This document shows, piece after piece, positions 1-12,961 of a stretch of 64,000 nucleotides of DNA. The stretch lies in contig RSEE01000082.1 in NCBI GenBank assembly GCA_003971905.1, forward strand, positions 62,001 to 126,000, given 5' to 3'. The notes under the pieces are model-generated. The model searched no databases. It had not been told where the DNA came from and saw only the letters and a list, made by a program, of their open reading frames with translations. Both the position numbers and the translations under genes were made by a program. This stretch comes from Moniliella sp. 'wahieum'. Its lineage: Eukaryota. Position 1 is the first letter of the stretch, and the number at the start of each line of letters is the position of its first letter.

Positions 1-321
1 TTGCAGCTGCAGATCACCAGCCGGCAGGGGCGGCTGGCGCCGTGCCGGGTGGTCCGCCGTGCTGCCGGGTGGAGCTGCTGGTAAGGGACATGGCACCACA
101 GGGCACAGCGCAGGTGCGCTGGCAGGAAGTGTGGCCTGCTGCGGGCCGCCCTGACATGCGTCTGACATGTGACGTGCGGCATGTGACACCGCAGGGGCAG
201 GGTGGGTGGCGACAAACGACGCATGATCGATGATGGTTTCTGCATACGGCATGGCGGCGGCGGGGATTGACATGTGACATGTGACATGCGATACACACTC
301 CGCCTGCCGACGCACAATCCG

Positions 322-380
322 AGCCTGTGCTGGCCTGTGCTGGCCTGTGCTGGCCTGCGCTGGCCTGCGCTGGCCTGTGC
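322..380. repeat. 10-bp tandem repeat (TGGCCTGYGC)x~6
   Basis: Directly visible: gcctgtgc-tggcctgtgc-tggcctgtgc-tggcctgcgc-tggcctgcgc-tggcctgtgc. Confidence 0.9.
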
Positions 381-577
381 TCCTCGCAGCCCCCCTTGCG
401 CTTGGGCATGCCAGCCACGCGCACCCCCTTGCATACCCGAATAGCACTCCTCCCATTCCGCATTCAGCAGCTGCCAGCATCTGCGATCCATCTCCCATGT
501 CAATCTCACATCGCACCACCCACGTGACCCTCCTGCGCCACATTCCCCCCGCTCGGCCCATCAAACAGAAAAAAGAC

Positions 578-682
578 AGGAGTAGGTCGGACTTGAACCA
601 ACGACTTCAAGATGATGCACCTGCCCACACAGGCGTGGGGCACAATTGCAATCTCACACGCTAACCGCTGCGTCACTACTCC
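578..682 (-). tRNA. tRNA-Cys(GCA) with 32-nt intron
   Basis: The reverse complement folds as a cloverleaf: acceptor GGAGTAG/CTACTCC, D-arm ACGC-AGCGGTTA-GCGT, anticodon TGAGA-TTGCAA[intron]A-TCTTG, T-arm GTTGG-TTCAAGT-CCGAC. U73 discriminator (typical of Cys), 73-nt mature length, and a downstream T6 Pol III terminator. Confidence 0.9.
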
Positions 683-1340
683 GCGTGATCCTGCCTCTGG
701 TCTGGGGCAAATAGACGAAAAAAGCAAAACCACCGTCTGTGGCTACTAGCTACCGTGACCCACATTGGCATGCCTCTGTCTACCCGGTCTAGCCTCGACC
801 CTCGACCCCAGCTCCCTCATCAGAAACCCTGCACGTATCTCTTTCGCCCTCCAGGAGTGGCACGTACGCCGACCCAGGTGTGGCTAGTCTCCTCCCCCCT
901 CCACCGACCCCGTCGTACCCAACCACCGCCCCTGCTTCCCATCCAAGCAATACCATCACGGACAAGAATAAGAACAAAACCAGAACGAGAACAAGAACAC
1001 AAACATGACGTGAACGTGAAGCAGGCAGGACGAAGAACACATGCGCTTGTTTGTATACGTCGTGGCACGTCATGGGCGGGACGTGCACAGGTTCCGCACA
1101 GAGCACACACAGCGAACGCACAAGGTAAGAACAGATGGAAGGAGGGAGTGCAGTGTAGGTTGCTAAAGTAGCTTGAGCCCAAGGTTACCCAGCTTGGACC
1201 CGGTCGGACCCCGTCCGACCTCAACGCGAAAGGCAGAACAGGATAGAACAAAACAGAACAGAAGAGAGCGTGTGGTCCCTCGTCCTAGGTTGGCTGGGGA
1301 GAGGCTGCCGCGGGCGTAGACGTGGGTGTGGGTGTGGGTG

Positions 1341-4300
1341 TTACCGTTCAAACGGGGTTTTCCACTGCGCGGTCGGAAACGTGGCTTCCAACCAGCGCGT
1401 AAACGTAGCGACGATCGCATGGGATTTCACGTGGTCGCCAATATCGTCGTTGACAGCCAACATGGCGAGCGAGGTATGGTCCACCTCTTCTTCTTCTCCA
1501 CTTGGTTTCCTTTTCCGTTTGCGTTTGCGTTTGCGTTTGCGTTTGCGTTTGCGTTTGCGTTTGCGTTTGTGTTTGCGTTTGGTGGCCACCGATGGGTGGG
1601 AGCATGGGCGAGTACTTCCTGCAACATGGTCCGGGTCTGACTTACGCCTCCGGCGCCCAAACGTGTGAATCGTGCCGGGGTAGCCGCGACGGTATACGCA
1701 TACCGTTGCAAAGCCTTGCTACCAGTACTTGGGCCGAGCGCGGCCCCAGCCCAAGTGCTGCGTCACAGCTGCCACACTAAAGTTGCACCCTCGTACGCCA
1801 TTTTCGTTTGCATTTGCGTCCCACGTCCGGCCGAGGGGGAGGTAAGGCTCCGGTACTGCGTCGGCGCGCCAAGGACCCGGTAAGCGTACGTGGGCAGGGG
1901 GGAGGAGGCGCGTAAGCCGTGTGCGCCCGAGCGCTGACGAGGTGAACCAAGAGACAGTCGCCGCAGTGAGGAGCGGCAAAGGCAAGTGAGTAAACAAGTC
2001 GTGTGCGGGCCAGGTGACCGTACGTGCATGTGCTTCGTCAGTTCCCATCCACTCCATCCCAGCATCAGCCAAACACGCTTTCCACTCGATCGTACACGCT
2101 ACATCGCCTTGCGGATCCGTATCTTCCTCATAGGGCGTCCGCGCTGCCCCTTCGTCCCACCCAGGCGTCGCGTTCACAGCGCCTGACCACGCGCTGCTAC
2201 TGGGACCGGAACTGGGAGTCGGACTTGCCCCGGTGGCTGTTGGTGGGGCGTGCCCCGCATCGCCCGTCAGAGCAGGCAGAGGAGGCGGAACAGTGACCCA
2301 AAAGCCGAGGCGGCTGCTACGGCCGCAGCGGCAGCGAGCTGCTTTAACCGTTCGCCCTCCATGGCGGCCTGGAGCTTGTGACGCTGAGCTTCGCGCTCCG
2401 GGTCCGGGTGATGAACCAAGGCCATCCCGCGCCGTGCCAGACCATCGGTTTGCCCAAGGTCGACTTGCCAAACAAATTGACCGCATTGGCGTACAGGTCA
2501 GCCAGGGAGTACCCGTCCCACGAACTGAACCGGTACACGCTTGCCGCTGTGGTCGATGCCAATCCCAGCGCGGCATGGCGGGCATGGACCTCATGTTCCA
2601 CCAACGTTGTTCGGCGGGGGGTGAGCACGCGTTCGGCGGACCGGTGCGAGGTGGGCGGTTCGCTCGCCCACGCCGGGTGGGCGTGGCGGTACGCCGCTTC
2701 AGCTTTACCTTGGTCCGTACCGGGCTCGAGATCGTGTGCGCCAACGTGGTGCCGGGCAAACGTGCGTCGGAGCGCTTGGAACTCGAACCAGTCAATCTGA
2801 CCATCTTGGTTGGGTCCAGTACGAGGAGGCAGTAGGACCACAGTGCGGCTTCGCGGTGCCGTTCCATAACCATGTTGAAGACCAAGTGGTGCATGACCAT
2901 GTTTTTGCCCGCACCACGAAAGCGCGCGTACATGCCTGCCAGCACTTCTTCCCGAAACATCAGGTGCGCTTCGTGCACCAAGCTTGCTGACACTCCACGG
3001 TGCACGTGCAAAGGGTACCGTCGGTGCCGCTCGCCAAACCGTCGGTCCAATACGTGCGACACCATTTTGAGCCCGGGCCATTCCCCCGCATCCGTCCATG
3101 CGATATGCGACGCTGCGTCCACGCCCAAATCGTGCTGGAAGCGCAGGACCAAACCGTACAGCGGCGAATGGATGTCGTGGTGCCCCACAGTGCGCAAGAG
3201 GAAAAAATCATCGTTCGACAATAACAGTGTATCGCTGCTCGTGTGCAATCCACCAGCTTCCACAGGCACCGCAGGGTCCAGCGTCGACTCGACGGCCATC
3301 GAGTTGAACGTAGGTAACAAAGCGAGCTTGCGCCGCTGTGCACGCTCCTTCGCCTCTTTGCCCCCTTGGGTGGCGCCGTCGTGTCCAGCGGGCGGAACAG
3401 CGACCAGTCGTGGTGCAGCCGCAACATGGGGGTCGGGGTACCCGGTCCACCCGGCACAGCAGCCTGCGTGATCGCTTTTTCTCCCACCAGAACCGAGCGG
3501 GAACGAGGATCGAGCCAGACGGGCCGTTGGCCCGCTCGTTCCGCTCCATCCAAAGGGTCGGTGTAGAGGTCGAGGGTAGCTTGTGCTCCTCCAGCACCTC
3601 GTGCGCAGGCCGGCCTGTACGCAGCCTTCGGCACGTGCCATGCTCTCCAATGCGAACGCGGGTAGTCGGGCGAGATGATGTGGACCGTACCGAGGTGGGC
3701 GAGGAATTGGACGGCGGTACGAATGGCGTAGCGCAACTCGTCCATCTCGCTACGTAACCAAACGGATCAGTATCAGTATCATGGGAGCGCACACAACGTA
3801 ATGGAAAGCAACATCTCAACAGCAGGAGGAAAGTGGAAGGAAGGAGGGGGGGTGGCCGGTGGAGGGGACGTACAAGAAAGGGAGGGTACTGGAACCGATT
3901 TTCTTCTCCCGATTGCGTCGGGCAAAGTAATCTGGTCGTGCACGCCTTTTTCAGCTTTGCGCAAAAGCGGGTAAATGTCACGAAGGAAAGCATCAAATTT
4001 AGTGTTGTACTCGTCCTGGACGGTCGGGGCGAGGGTGGAGGGAGCCATTGGGATGCAGGTCGTACGGGTGCGGGCAGTACGCCTCGCGCGCCGACGCAGT
4101 ATACGCCGTGAAGCAATACGCCCAATACTGTTTGGCCTGTTCGTGCAGTGGGTCGGACCCGTTGGCCCAGGTAAACAGCATGTCGATCGGAGGCAGATGC
4201 GCGGGGGCGGGGTAGGATTGGCCCATACTGCGCTTGCAGGCTAGAACAAATCGTGCCGTCGCGCACCCATTCTATCAGACAGCTATCGTCCGACGTGATG

Positions 4301-4982
4301 GTCCGGTAAGCTTCGACGGGGCGCAGGAGCGGTTCGACGGCCCACTTGGGCGTGTAGACGGCAGAGGGATTGATGCGTGCGGCGGGATCAGACCCGGGCG
4401 CAAGTGGCCACCCGGTCGCAGGACTGGGAGCAAGGTCCGTGTCGAGCGAGGGCGCATCGATCGTGTCGGGATCGACGGACGAGTGGGCTAGTCGATAGGG
4501 TCGGTGAGCACGAGCTTGGACGAGGTGAGGTAGGTGCCAAGAAGGGATGGGGTATACTGGGGCTGCTGATGCTGAGCCGGGGCAGGCGTGCCTTCGGCTG
4601 CGGAGGCAGGGGGTGGAGTGCTGTGGCATGGAGGCAGGAAGGAGGGGGCGGGCGGTGCGGTGGCGATGGAGAAGAAAAAGAAGGGGCAGCGCAGCCAGCA
4701 GGGAGGCCGCGCGGCAAGAAGAACGACTGGCGCCGGTCAAGCGAGCGCGAGGGCGAGCGCGCGGCGGGCGGCGAGGCGAGGAGGAGTAGGACGGGGAGGA
4801 GGAGCGCCAGGGCAGCCACGAGGTCTGCTGCTGGAGGGTGTGGAGCGGGGGGGGGCGGGGGGCGCGGTCGTCATCGCTGGCGGAGCGGGGGGGCGGGCGA
4901 GGAGCGGCTCGGCCTGGTCGTGAAGAGGGGGGGTGGGGGGGCGGCGCAGGGGGTAGTGGTGCGCATCCAGCCGGAGCGCCAT
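1341..4982 (-). CDS. Stealth-family sugar-1-phosphotransferase (Cryptococcus Xpt1/GNPTAB-like), type II membrane protein; frameshifted in this read
   Basis: Ordered Stealth motifs across frames: CR1 PIDMLFTWANGSDP, CR2 DELRYAIR and LPTFNSMAVES...SNDDFFL, CR4 LAVNDDI...FP...PFE*. An N-terminal hydrophobic anchor is present. Start is approximate. Confidence 0.85.
1517..1580. repeat. (GCGTTT)n hexamer microsatellite inside the Stealth gene
   Basis: About 10 visible copies. Confidence 0.95.
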
Positions 4983-5764
4983 GGAGGGAGGGGGGGGTGG
5001 AGGAGATGGAGGGAGGAGATGGAGGAAGAGAGGAGAGAGGAACACCGCAAGGACAAGACCAAAGTGTCCCCCAGCGGCTGTCTGCTGCGCCCCAAGAAGC
5101 GTCCCGTCAGGGCTGCGTCTGAGTCTGAATCTGAGGGCGGATGATTTTAATCACCAGGCATCATGCATCATGCATCATGCATCATGCATTGCATTGCTTG
5201 GCACCGGCACGAGAGCAGCCACTAGTCACTAGTCATGCGTCAGTCACCGGCCACCGCCACGGCCGGCGCACCACAGCGCCTCGCGCCGATTGCCAGCCGA
5301 TCCAGCACAGGGCCAGTGTCCCACCCGCCTCGCCTCGGCGTCCTTCTTGCCCAGATCGCAGATCGCCCAATCATAATCAGGTCTGATTGCACATTTCACA
5401 TCGTGCGTTTCCACCTCCACCTGGCCTTCTTCACCTCCCTCTCCAATCCTCCATCCTCCATCCTCCACCTGATCTGCAGCTCTCCCCGCCCGATGGAACC
5501 GGCCATCGCTCCATCCGTCTCCTCGCCACGTCCTCCACAGCTCCAGTGGCTACTTGAGTGGAACCACCACCCAGCCACATCGCTGCCGCTAACACCTACC
5601 CTACGACCACGACCAGACACCATGTCTACCCCAGCCACAACAGTGTACCAAATACTAATAGCAAAACCCAAGATACACAGACAGACAGAAAGACAGGCAG
5701 GCAGATAGAGACAGAAGAGAGCGCAGCGCGCGCACACGACACGATACCCCATGGCACTTGTCGT

Positions 5765-7069
5765 TTAAAAGTCTTCGTCCATCGTAAACGATGCACGTCC
5801 TTGGCCACGCCATCGCCATCGTCGTTTTCGTTATGGTTGACCCGGCAATCGCGTACTCTGCCACCTTCTTCTCGAAAAAGTTCGTCTTGCCCTGGAGCGA
5901 GATGTTCTCCATAAAGTCGAATGGGTTCGCAGCGTGGTACACCTTATCGTTGCCCAGCGCCACCAGCAGTCGGTCCGCGACAAATTCAATGTACTGGCAC
6001 ATCAACTTGGCGTTCATGCCAATCAGCGCGACGGGCAGCGCATCCGTAAGGAACGATTGTCAATGGCCACTGCTCAGTGATGATCTTTTGCACCGTGTCC
6101 GGGTGGGCGCGCTTGTGCAGGTGAGCAAACAAGAGGCAAGCAAAGTCGGTGTGCAGTCCCTCGTCACGTGTGATGAGCTCGTTGGAGAAGGTCAAGCCGG
6201 GCATCAACCACGTTTCTTGAGCCAAAAGATGGACGCAAACGACCCCGAAAAGAAAATACCTTCGACCGCCGCAAACGCAACCAGGCGTTCCGAAAATGCC
6301 GATCGGTCATCCGCGATCCACCGCATAGCCCATTCGGCTTTTTGCTTGACGACCGGAATGGTTTCCATCGCGTCAAACAGGTACTCGCGTTGCGCCGGGT
6401 CGCGAATGTAGGTATCAATCAGTAACGAGTACGTTCCGAATGAATGTTTTCCATCATGATTTGGAATCCGTAAAGCACCGTGCTTCGGCCGCTTGCACTT
6501 CTTGCGAAAAGCGCTCCACCAGGTTCTCATTCACAATCCCATCCGACGCAGCGAAAAAGGCGAGCACGTGGGAGATAAAGTGACGCTCGTTGTCGTTGAG
6601 CTTGGTGTCCCAGTCGTGCAGATCCTTGGACAGCCATCTCTTCCGCCGTCCAAAAGGACGCTTCGGCTTTCTTGTAAACTGCCAGATCTGCAGAGGGCGA
6701 AGGGTTAGGAGCGTCACCGCGTCACCAGTCACCACGCCACCACGCCACCACGCCACCACGCCACCACGCCACCACGCCACCACGCCACAGCCAAGGCACA
6801 CTCGCACAGGGCGCGACGAAACCGACAGGGGCACAACGTACCTCATTGAACTTGATGGGGAAAGAACAAAGCGGCGGGGATTTTCCTTGAGCAAGGTTCC
6901 TCCTTCTCGTCCAGATCCAGCTCGCCAACAAATCGATGTTCGATCGAATCGAGCGGGTGACTGAGCACGCTCACAGCCTTGGTCGCCGCTTTGGCCTTCT
7001 CGACATCAGTCAGTTGAGCGTGGCAAACTCGGGATGAGCAGCATCGTACGTGGAAGCAGCAGGTGTCAT
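5765..7069 (-). CDS. RNR2: Ribonucleotide reductase small (beta) subunit; intron 6688-6841
   Basis: Motifs [93 protein letters not shown], and C-terminal FTMDEDF*. GTACGT...CTAAC...CAG intron. Confidence 0.97.
6730..6788. repeat. (CACCACGC)x7 octamer repeat in the RNR2 intron
   Basis: Directly visible. Confidence 0.95.
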
Positions 7070-7165
7070 TTCTCACGGCAGAGGGGCACAGAAGGAGAAG
7101 TTGGTCGGGGGTGGATGGTGATGGTGTGTGGAAACGAAACGAAACAAAACAAACTGAAGGAAAGG

Positions 7166-7490
7166 AACGCGAAACGCGAAACGCGAAACGATTGGACCGA
7201 GAAGCGCGACGCGCGAGTGTCCAGTTGCGTCGAACCATAACAAGCCACAGATCGCGTCGCGTTGCGGCGTGGGAGGAGCCAAGTGCACCGCCTCGCATCC
7301 GCCCTGTGACGCGTGACGCGGGACTGAAAAAAGACGCGTCCGCGTGGCCCGCGCTGCCACGCGACGACGCGGCTTAGTGCGGCCTCGTGCCTTAGGGCGG
7401 AGTGCTGCTAGTTTACCGGTTATCGATTATCGATTATCAGATATCGCGGGACGCGACGCTACGCAACCGCGTCGCGTCGGCACGCGAGGC
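7166..7490 (-). promoter_or_regulatory. RNR2 promoter with clustered MCB/SCB-like elements
   Basis: (ACGCGAA)x3 at 7167-7190, perfect ACGCGT at 7309 and 7334, many further ACGCG sites, and CCAAT (ATTGG at 7191), all 100-420 bp upstream of the ATG. Fungal RNR genes are established MBF targets. Confidence 0.7.
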
Positions 7491-7614
7491 TAAAGGGCCA
7501 CACCAACAATCACACAGTCTACCTCCCAGACGAGGTGAGTACTGAGTCGCAGTGGCGATCTATCTCCCATCTGGATGGACATGCCCAACCCGATTGGCAT
7601 CCTGGGTTAGGGTT

Positions 7615-8261
7615 AACTACCGCGTGATGGGGCCTGGAGCAATCGGAGGATCAGGAATGGAGGTAGACCACACGCGGGGCGACATGGGAAACGCAGGAGG
7701 CGCAGAGCGCGTACGGAGGGTGGTGCATGAAAGTACCGCGACGCCTTTGGAACGCCGGGAGAAGGAGCTGCTTCGGCTGCTGGAACAACCAGAATGCGAC
7801 AAGAACGCCAAGTACCAAGGACGCACTCAAGAGCTGTTTTTCCGCGGGCAAGATGGTGCGCACTGGAAGGATTTGACTACTGACTCTCAATGCAACTGGT
7901 TTCTCGCTCGGATGTCTCCCACATACATCCGTGTCCACGCGTGCTACTCGGGTATGCTGAAGGAGGAGTGGAATAGAGGATGTGGTCTGAGGGAGGTACA
8001 GGAGGCTATGAGAAGGGTAGGGCCTTAATAGACGAGGGTACCGCGGAGCTGAGGAAGCTTCCGGGCGGATAAGAGAGGGGTGATGACTATCACGCAGGAT
8101 GGCGTGATTGGGGCATCGCCCCAACAGGGTATGGGAACGGATGGCGGGCACAGAGGGTCCTGATATCCTGGCGATCCCCCTGGTTCCTTAACATTGGTGG
8201 CACTATCAAGCAACATACGCAAGATGAACGGGTCGGGTTAGGCGTAGCGTTTCCCTTTCCC
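7615..8261 (+). mobile_element. Fragment of CRE/Cnl1-like retroelement endonuclease region fused to the 'J' repeat (copy 1)
   Basis: Near-identical to 20872-21340. Encodes NYRVMG...LERREKELLRLLE...DKNAKY, resembling the K..KY motif of restriction-like endonucleases. Confidence 0.6.
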
Positions 8262-9130
8262 TGTCACGGGGCGGGGTCCCGAGGTGGGACCCCCCCTGTA
8301 GTTTAGGGGTATAAACCCTTGGACAGATCAATCGGCGGCTCGTACGTTAGGTCCTGCTCCAGATCCTGGTTGAACCGAGCGGGTGTAGAGGCTAGGGAGA
8401 GACTCTCTAGTTGGGTGGCTGCCTGCGTGCAAAGGCCGCAGTCCAGACCCTCCGAGGTAGGAGCCGCGTACGTAGGTCGTTAGACCAGCTGAAGGGGTCC
8501 AGGAGCTCCGGAATTACTCTGTTCCTCGCAGCTTTACCACACTCGGTACGCTGTAGCCGGCGGGAACAGACAGAGTCCTAAAGAAGAGCAAGCGCTACTA
8601 CTGACTGATAGTAACCGCGCGACTTGCAGAGCGCTCGACGTAAGTCGTAAATTCGTAAGCGTAAGGGTGGTAGAAGGCGGAAGGGCGAGAGAGGAACTGG
8701 TAGTCGGGGAGACCAACGGTAATAGACAGGATGGTCGACAAGGTCCAAGCTAGCAAGCCTTAGACAGCTGTTATATACACCAGCAGAAGGAACCAGGCCT
8801 CAAGCTTCAAGTGCCTCATGGCAGGTATAGACAGAATGCGGGGCACTTCCCAGAAAGGTAAAGACTAACGCACAGGCCTTGCTCCCCAAGGCGCTGACGC
8901 TGCGCGCAGTCGGGCGCAGCAGGAAGGGTTCTGACAAGACTGGGCGCAATGGGCACAAAGCATCGTACCGATAAACCCATGCGGCCATGGCGGGCCGCGG
9001 ACGATATCCGCAGCAAGGATAAGGTGTCGACTGGCTCTCTCTCGCTAGTCTAACCGAACTGACGCATGTGGGCTGAGATGTCTACGACATGGGGCTCAGC
9101 GCCCGGAGATACCCCGAGCGCCCCGTAACA
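8262..9130. mobile_element. Solo LTR (869 bp)
   Basis: Termini TGTCACGGGGCG...CGCCCCGTAACA with flanks TTCCC/GTCCC (5-bp TSD, one mismatch). The paralogous empty site TTTCCCT-GTCCC-AGCCTTAAG is at ~16000. TATA-like sequence at ~8772. Confidence 0.85.
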
Positions 9131-10006
9131 GTCCCAGCCTTAAGCTCTGTCAATGATATGATGCAGTGTATAGAGATAAAGTTTAAAACTGGCAGGAGGG
9201 ACTCAAGCTTCACGCACGGATCTCCTCAGCCGTATAGAAAAGACTCGATCTTGGACATCGCCCAAATCCTTCCATTCTCGTCAATCCCCCGTCTACCCTC
9301 TCGCCTATCCTGTGACCCTGCCCGTTTTCAAGCCAATTGATCCAGTACAGGCAGCCTCTTGTTAGTGTCCGACTTCCCCTCCAGCAATCCGTCAGTCCAG
9401 TCGCGCGAGCCCTCCTCTGGCCGCGTCGATTTCCAATCTCCGTTAAGCCAATGTTTGTCCCCTCTGCCTCTTCCCGTCCTAATCTCGGAGGCTTCAGACA
9501 CGTTCTACGGCCCAAGCCGGTGGGTGACGTGGCAACAGGTATACGGTATTCACTTTGAAGGGGTTTAGATCCGCGTCGGTCGGAATAAATGCAACAGGAG
9601 TTATGTAGTCTATAAAGCTAACGCTTAGGTGAAGCTTGAAGAGGCGTGGATAACATATAGTAGGTGATGAGGGAGCGACCGTACCAATACGCTTTGCTGA
9701 GGTTTTGCGCTTCTGCGGCTATAGGTGGTGCGTTCCGTGGGCGGAGCTGATGGGATGCGTTGATGTTAATCGCCTTCAGGCTCTAGCGCACACAAGAGCA
9801 TGATATGAGCGGAGAGCGAGGGAGGGAGCACTTGATGACCTGCGAGTCGGAACGGAGGTGGGACGACGACCCCTGATAGTATAAATGCAAGCTCAACTCA
9901 CAATGACTGTGATTCACTATACCACCCCCACCCCCACCCCACCAACAACAACAATAACACTGAGCACTAACAGCATCAACACGAGTACAACAAAAGGCTA
10001 GACATC

Positions 10007-12961
10007 ATGTCGAATCCTCGATTGGGCGAGCTCAACGAAGCGGATGAGGAACAGACCCACCCACATTCCAATGACTCGGGCCTTCCCTCCACGTCCGATG
10101 CCATCGAATCTCTTCGGCCCCTCACAATTGATAGCATAACATCAACAAACCACGCGACGTACAAGAACACTACCACGTTTTCGTTGACAACCACAGCCGA
10201 GGACGACAACGACAATTGGATGGAAACAGAGTCGCTCTTGGAAAACGCCCTTTATCCCCTCTTCCCACTACAGAGCGCACACGATGGGCCTCATGGGATG
10301 CGAGGCGCGACAAACACAGAAAACGTGGGATCAGACCAGCCCGGTGACAGCGAGAAGAATAATGGGAGGATGATGATTCGGACGCGGAAAAGGGCGTGGA
10401 CTTGGCCGATCCGTGCGTGCGCGCGATTGTGCCAAATGTGGACGACCCCAACATGCCATACAACACCATTCGTACCTGGCTGCTTTCACTGGTGCTGGCT
10501 TGCGGTCTTACCAGCGCCCTCTATGCACTGAACACACGGGGAGATTTTACCAACCCAAAGGTTTTCGGGTCTTATACGAGTGCAGTTTTGGTGCAGCCGT
10601 TTACCTACTGTGTGGGTTTCGTCATGTCGAAAATCCCGTACCCATCGCATTGGCCCCTAGCTTGGTTCATTAACCCAGGTCCATTTAATCTCAAGGAACA
10701 TACGTACGTCTCAACCTCCCCCCGACGCTGATATTTGCAGTGTAAGAGAGTTCCCTCTGACAGGTGTGATTGACCCTATCGTAGAATCTGCACCATCGTC
10801 GCTGCTGTCGCCACGGGCCCTAACCTAACCCTGCAGTATTTGGTCGGGATGACATTTTTCAGCGGTGGAGGCTCAAAAAGTGAAGATACGTTCCCACCCG
10901 GCTTTCTTCTTCTCATTTACCTCTCGACCCCATTTATTGGATTTGCCATGGCAGGTCTTGCCACGCGCCTCCTCATTTGGCCTGGTGATCTCCTGTACCC
11001 TCAGGAGCTTCAGACCGGTGCGATGTTGACGGCCTTGCGGTGTACGTACGGCGCAGCAATTGGTCCCGTCGTAGCGTTTTCTGGATTGCGGGGACATTCG
11101 TGTTTGTCTGGCACTGGATCCCGCTATTCTTCTATCGACCTCTGGGAAAGTTCGAGTGGCCGACGTGGATTGCTCCGTCAAGCTTCGTGGTGAATCTATT
11201 GTTTGACGGAAAGGGTGGCATGGGCTGGTCTTTTTGGTGCCTCGACTGGACGTTGGTAACGTTAGCGTTAGGCTCACCCTTGATCGTACCGTGGCGCGCG
11301 CTGGTCAACGTATTTTGTGGCTTCGTCCTTGCCATGTGGGTCATTGCCCTCCGATATTCTTCACCAACCGGAGCTTAACTGCCCTCATTCCCTATGGCAG
11401 TATCGACGTATATTGGAACCCGCCGCTGAACACCACCTACATGCATATCAACCCCTTGCCCCAAGGCATTTATCTAGATCCCCCTCAATTTGATTCGCCC
11501 GACACACCCCAGGGACATTTTTCTGCCACAATCGTCATGACTTGGGCGTTTTCCTATGCCGCATGTACCGCCTTGCTCGTGCACACCCCGCTTTTCCATG
11601 GCGGCGACCTACGCCGCTGGTGGAAAGTGTCCAATGTGGCTGATTCGCCTGACCCCCACACCCGCCAACTTGCCCGCTACCCGCCTGTTCCCACCTGGTG
11701 GTACCTGTGCTTGCTTCTGGTTGCCTTTGTCTTTGCCATCCCCATGGTGCACGTGTACCAACGTCGGTGCCGGTGTGGGCGATTGTGCTTGCCCTGGCGC
11801 TCGCTGCAATTTTCATTGTGCCAGTGGGCATTGTGGTGGTCGGAGTCGGTGGAACTGAAGTGTGTGGAGCACTTGGCGACGTTGATTGTGCTAGTGTTTC
11901 CTTGCCTGGGCACACGACCGTTCTTCCGCTCTTTCAGATATTATTCCCGGGGACCCTCCAACAAGCGATGCTCTACTGTGGCTGCTCCAAACTGGCAGTC
12001 TACTTTAAGATCCCACCACGATTTACTTTCTATGTAATTGAGGGCTCTCAGTTGATATGCTCGCTGTTGCAGTGTGGACTCTGGGTGTGGTGGAGTCACG
12101 GCAATGATCTGGTTACGTATACCGACAACCAGGCGTCGCTACGGGTTGACGGTTTGTACGATCCTATATTGGACTGGCGTCGGGTTTCACAGAACGGCTT
12201 TTTGCACCAATACAAATGGACTCTGTACTTTTTCCTTATTGGTGCGGTCTTGCCACTGCTTCTGTACCTTGCCGCATGCGTTCTGCCCCACTGGTTGAAT
12301 CGCTCTGCTCATCTCCGCTCCATCCATTGCCCGCTCTTCTTTGGAGGTATATCGCAATTGGCACTCTGTTCAGCGGTCTGCTGGACCTCGTGGTTTTTCT
12401 GGGGAGCAGTCTCCCACCTACTCTTCTCCCCTCGCCGGCATTTGAATTACTGGATTGTGTATGTGTACTTATCGCTCTATATATCAATTCTTTCCGGGAC
12501 GAATGAAGCCTTTCTCCTCTCTCTCTACTAACTCAATCTCCGGACTGGTTGTCATGATTACAGGATGAATTACGTTCTCTCTGCTGCCGCTGCTGGGAAG
12601 TTCGCTTTGTGCAGCCATCATCGCGGCCATGGAGTATGGTACAGATGGCACTGACACCCGTTTTACCCGCTTCTTCCATCACTTGAACAGACTTGGGCCC
12701 CTGAATGACTACGGCGATACCGCGGAAAAAGTTATCGTCTGGAACGCCACGCTTTTTCCCAACGGGAACGCGCTTCGCCGCGTTCTAGTTGTCCCCTTGC
12801 AAATAGAGCTGGAGCCCGTCGGCAGATCGCAGCGTCAACGACGGAATCCCTTTCCCCCTGCCTTTTTTTGTATCTGCCCATCCAATCGCAATGGCATCAG
12901 CATTGTCCTCCCATCTGTCTCTCTGTGTGCGTTCTCTCTCTTTATTGGGCATCCAGGGTGA
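10007..12961 (+). CDS. OPT-family oligopeptide transporter (Isp4-like), copy 1; introns 10704-10784 and 12459-12563
   Basis: Motifs VRAIVPNVDDP...NTIRTW, NPGPFNLKEHT, GGMG...LDW, SPLIVPW, DPHTRQLARYPPVPTWWY, YFKIPPR, MNYVLSAA. The 3' end is uncertain and frameshifts are present. Confidence 0.88.
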
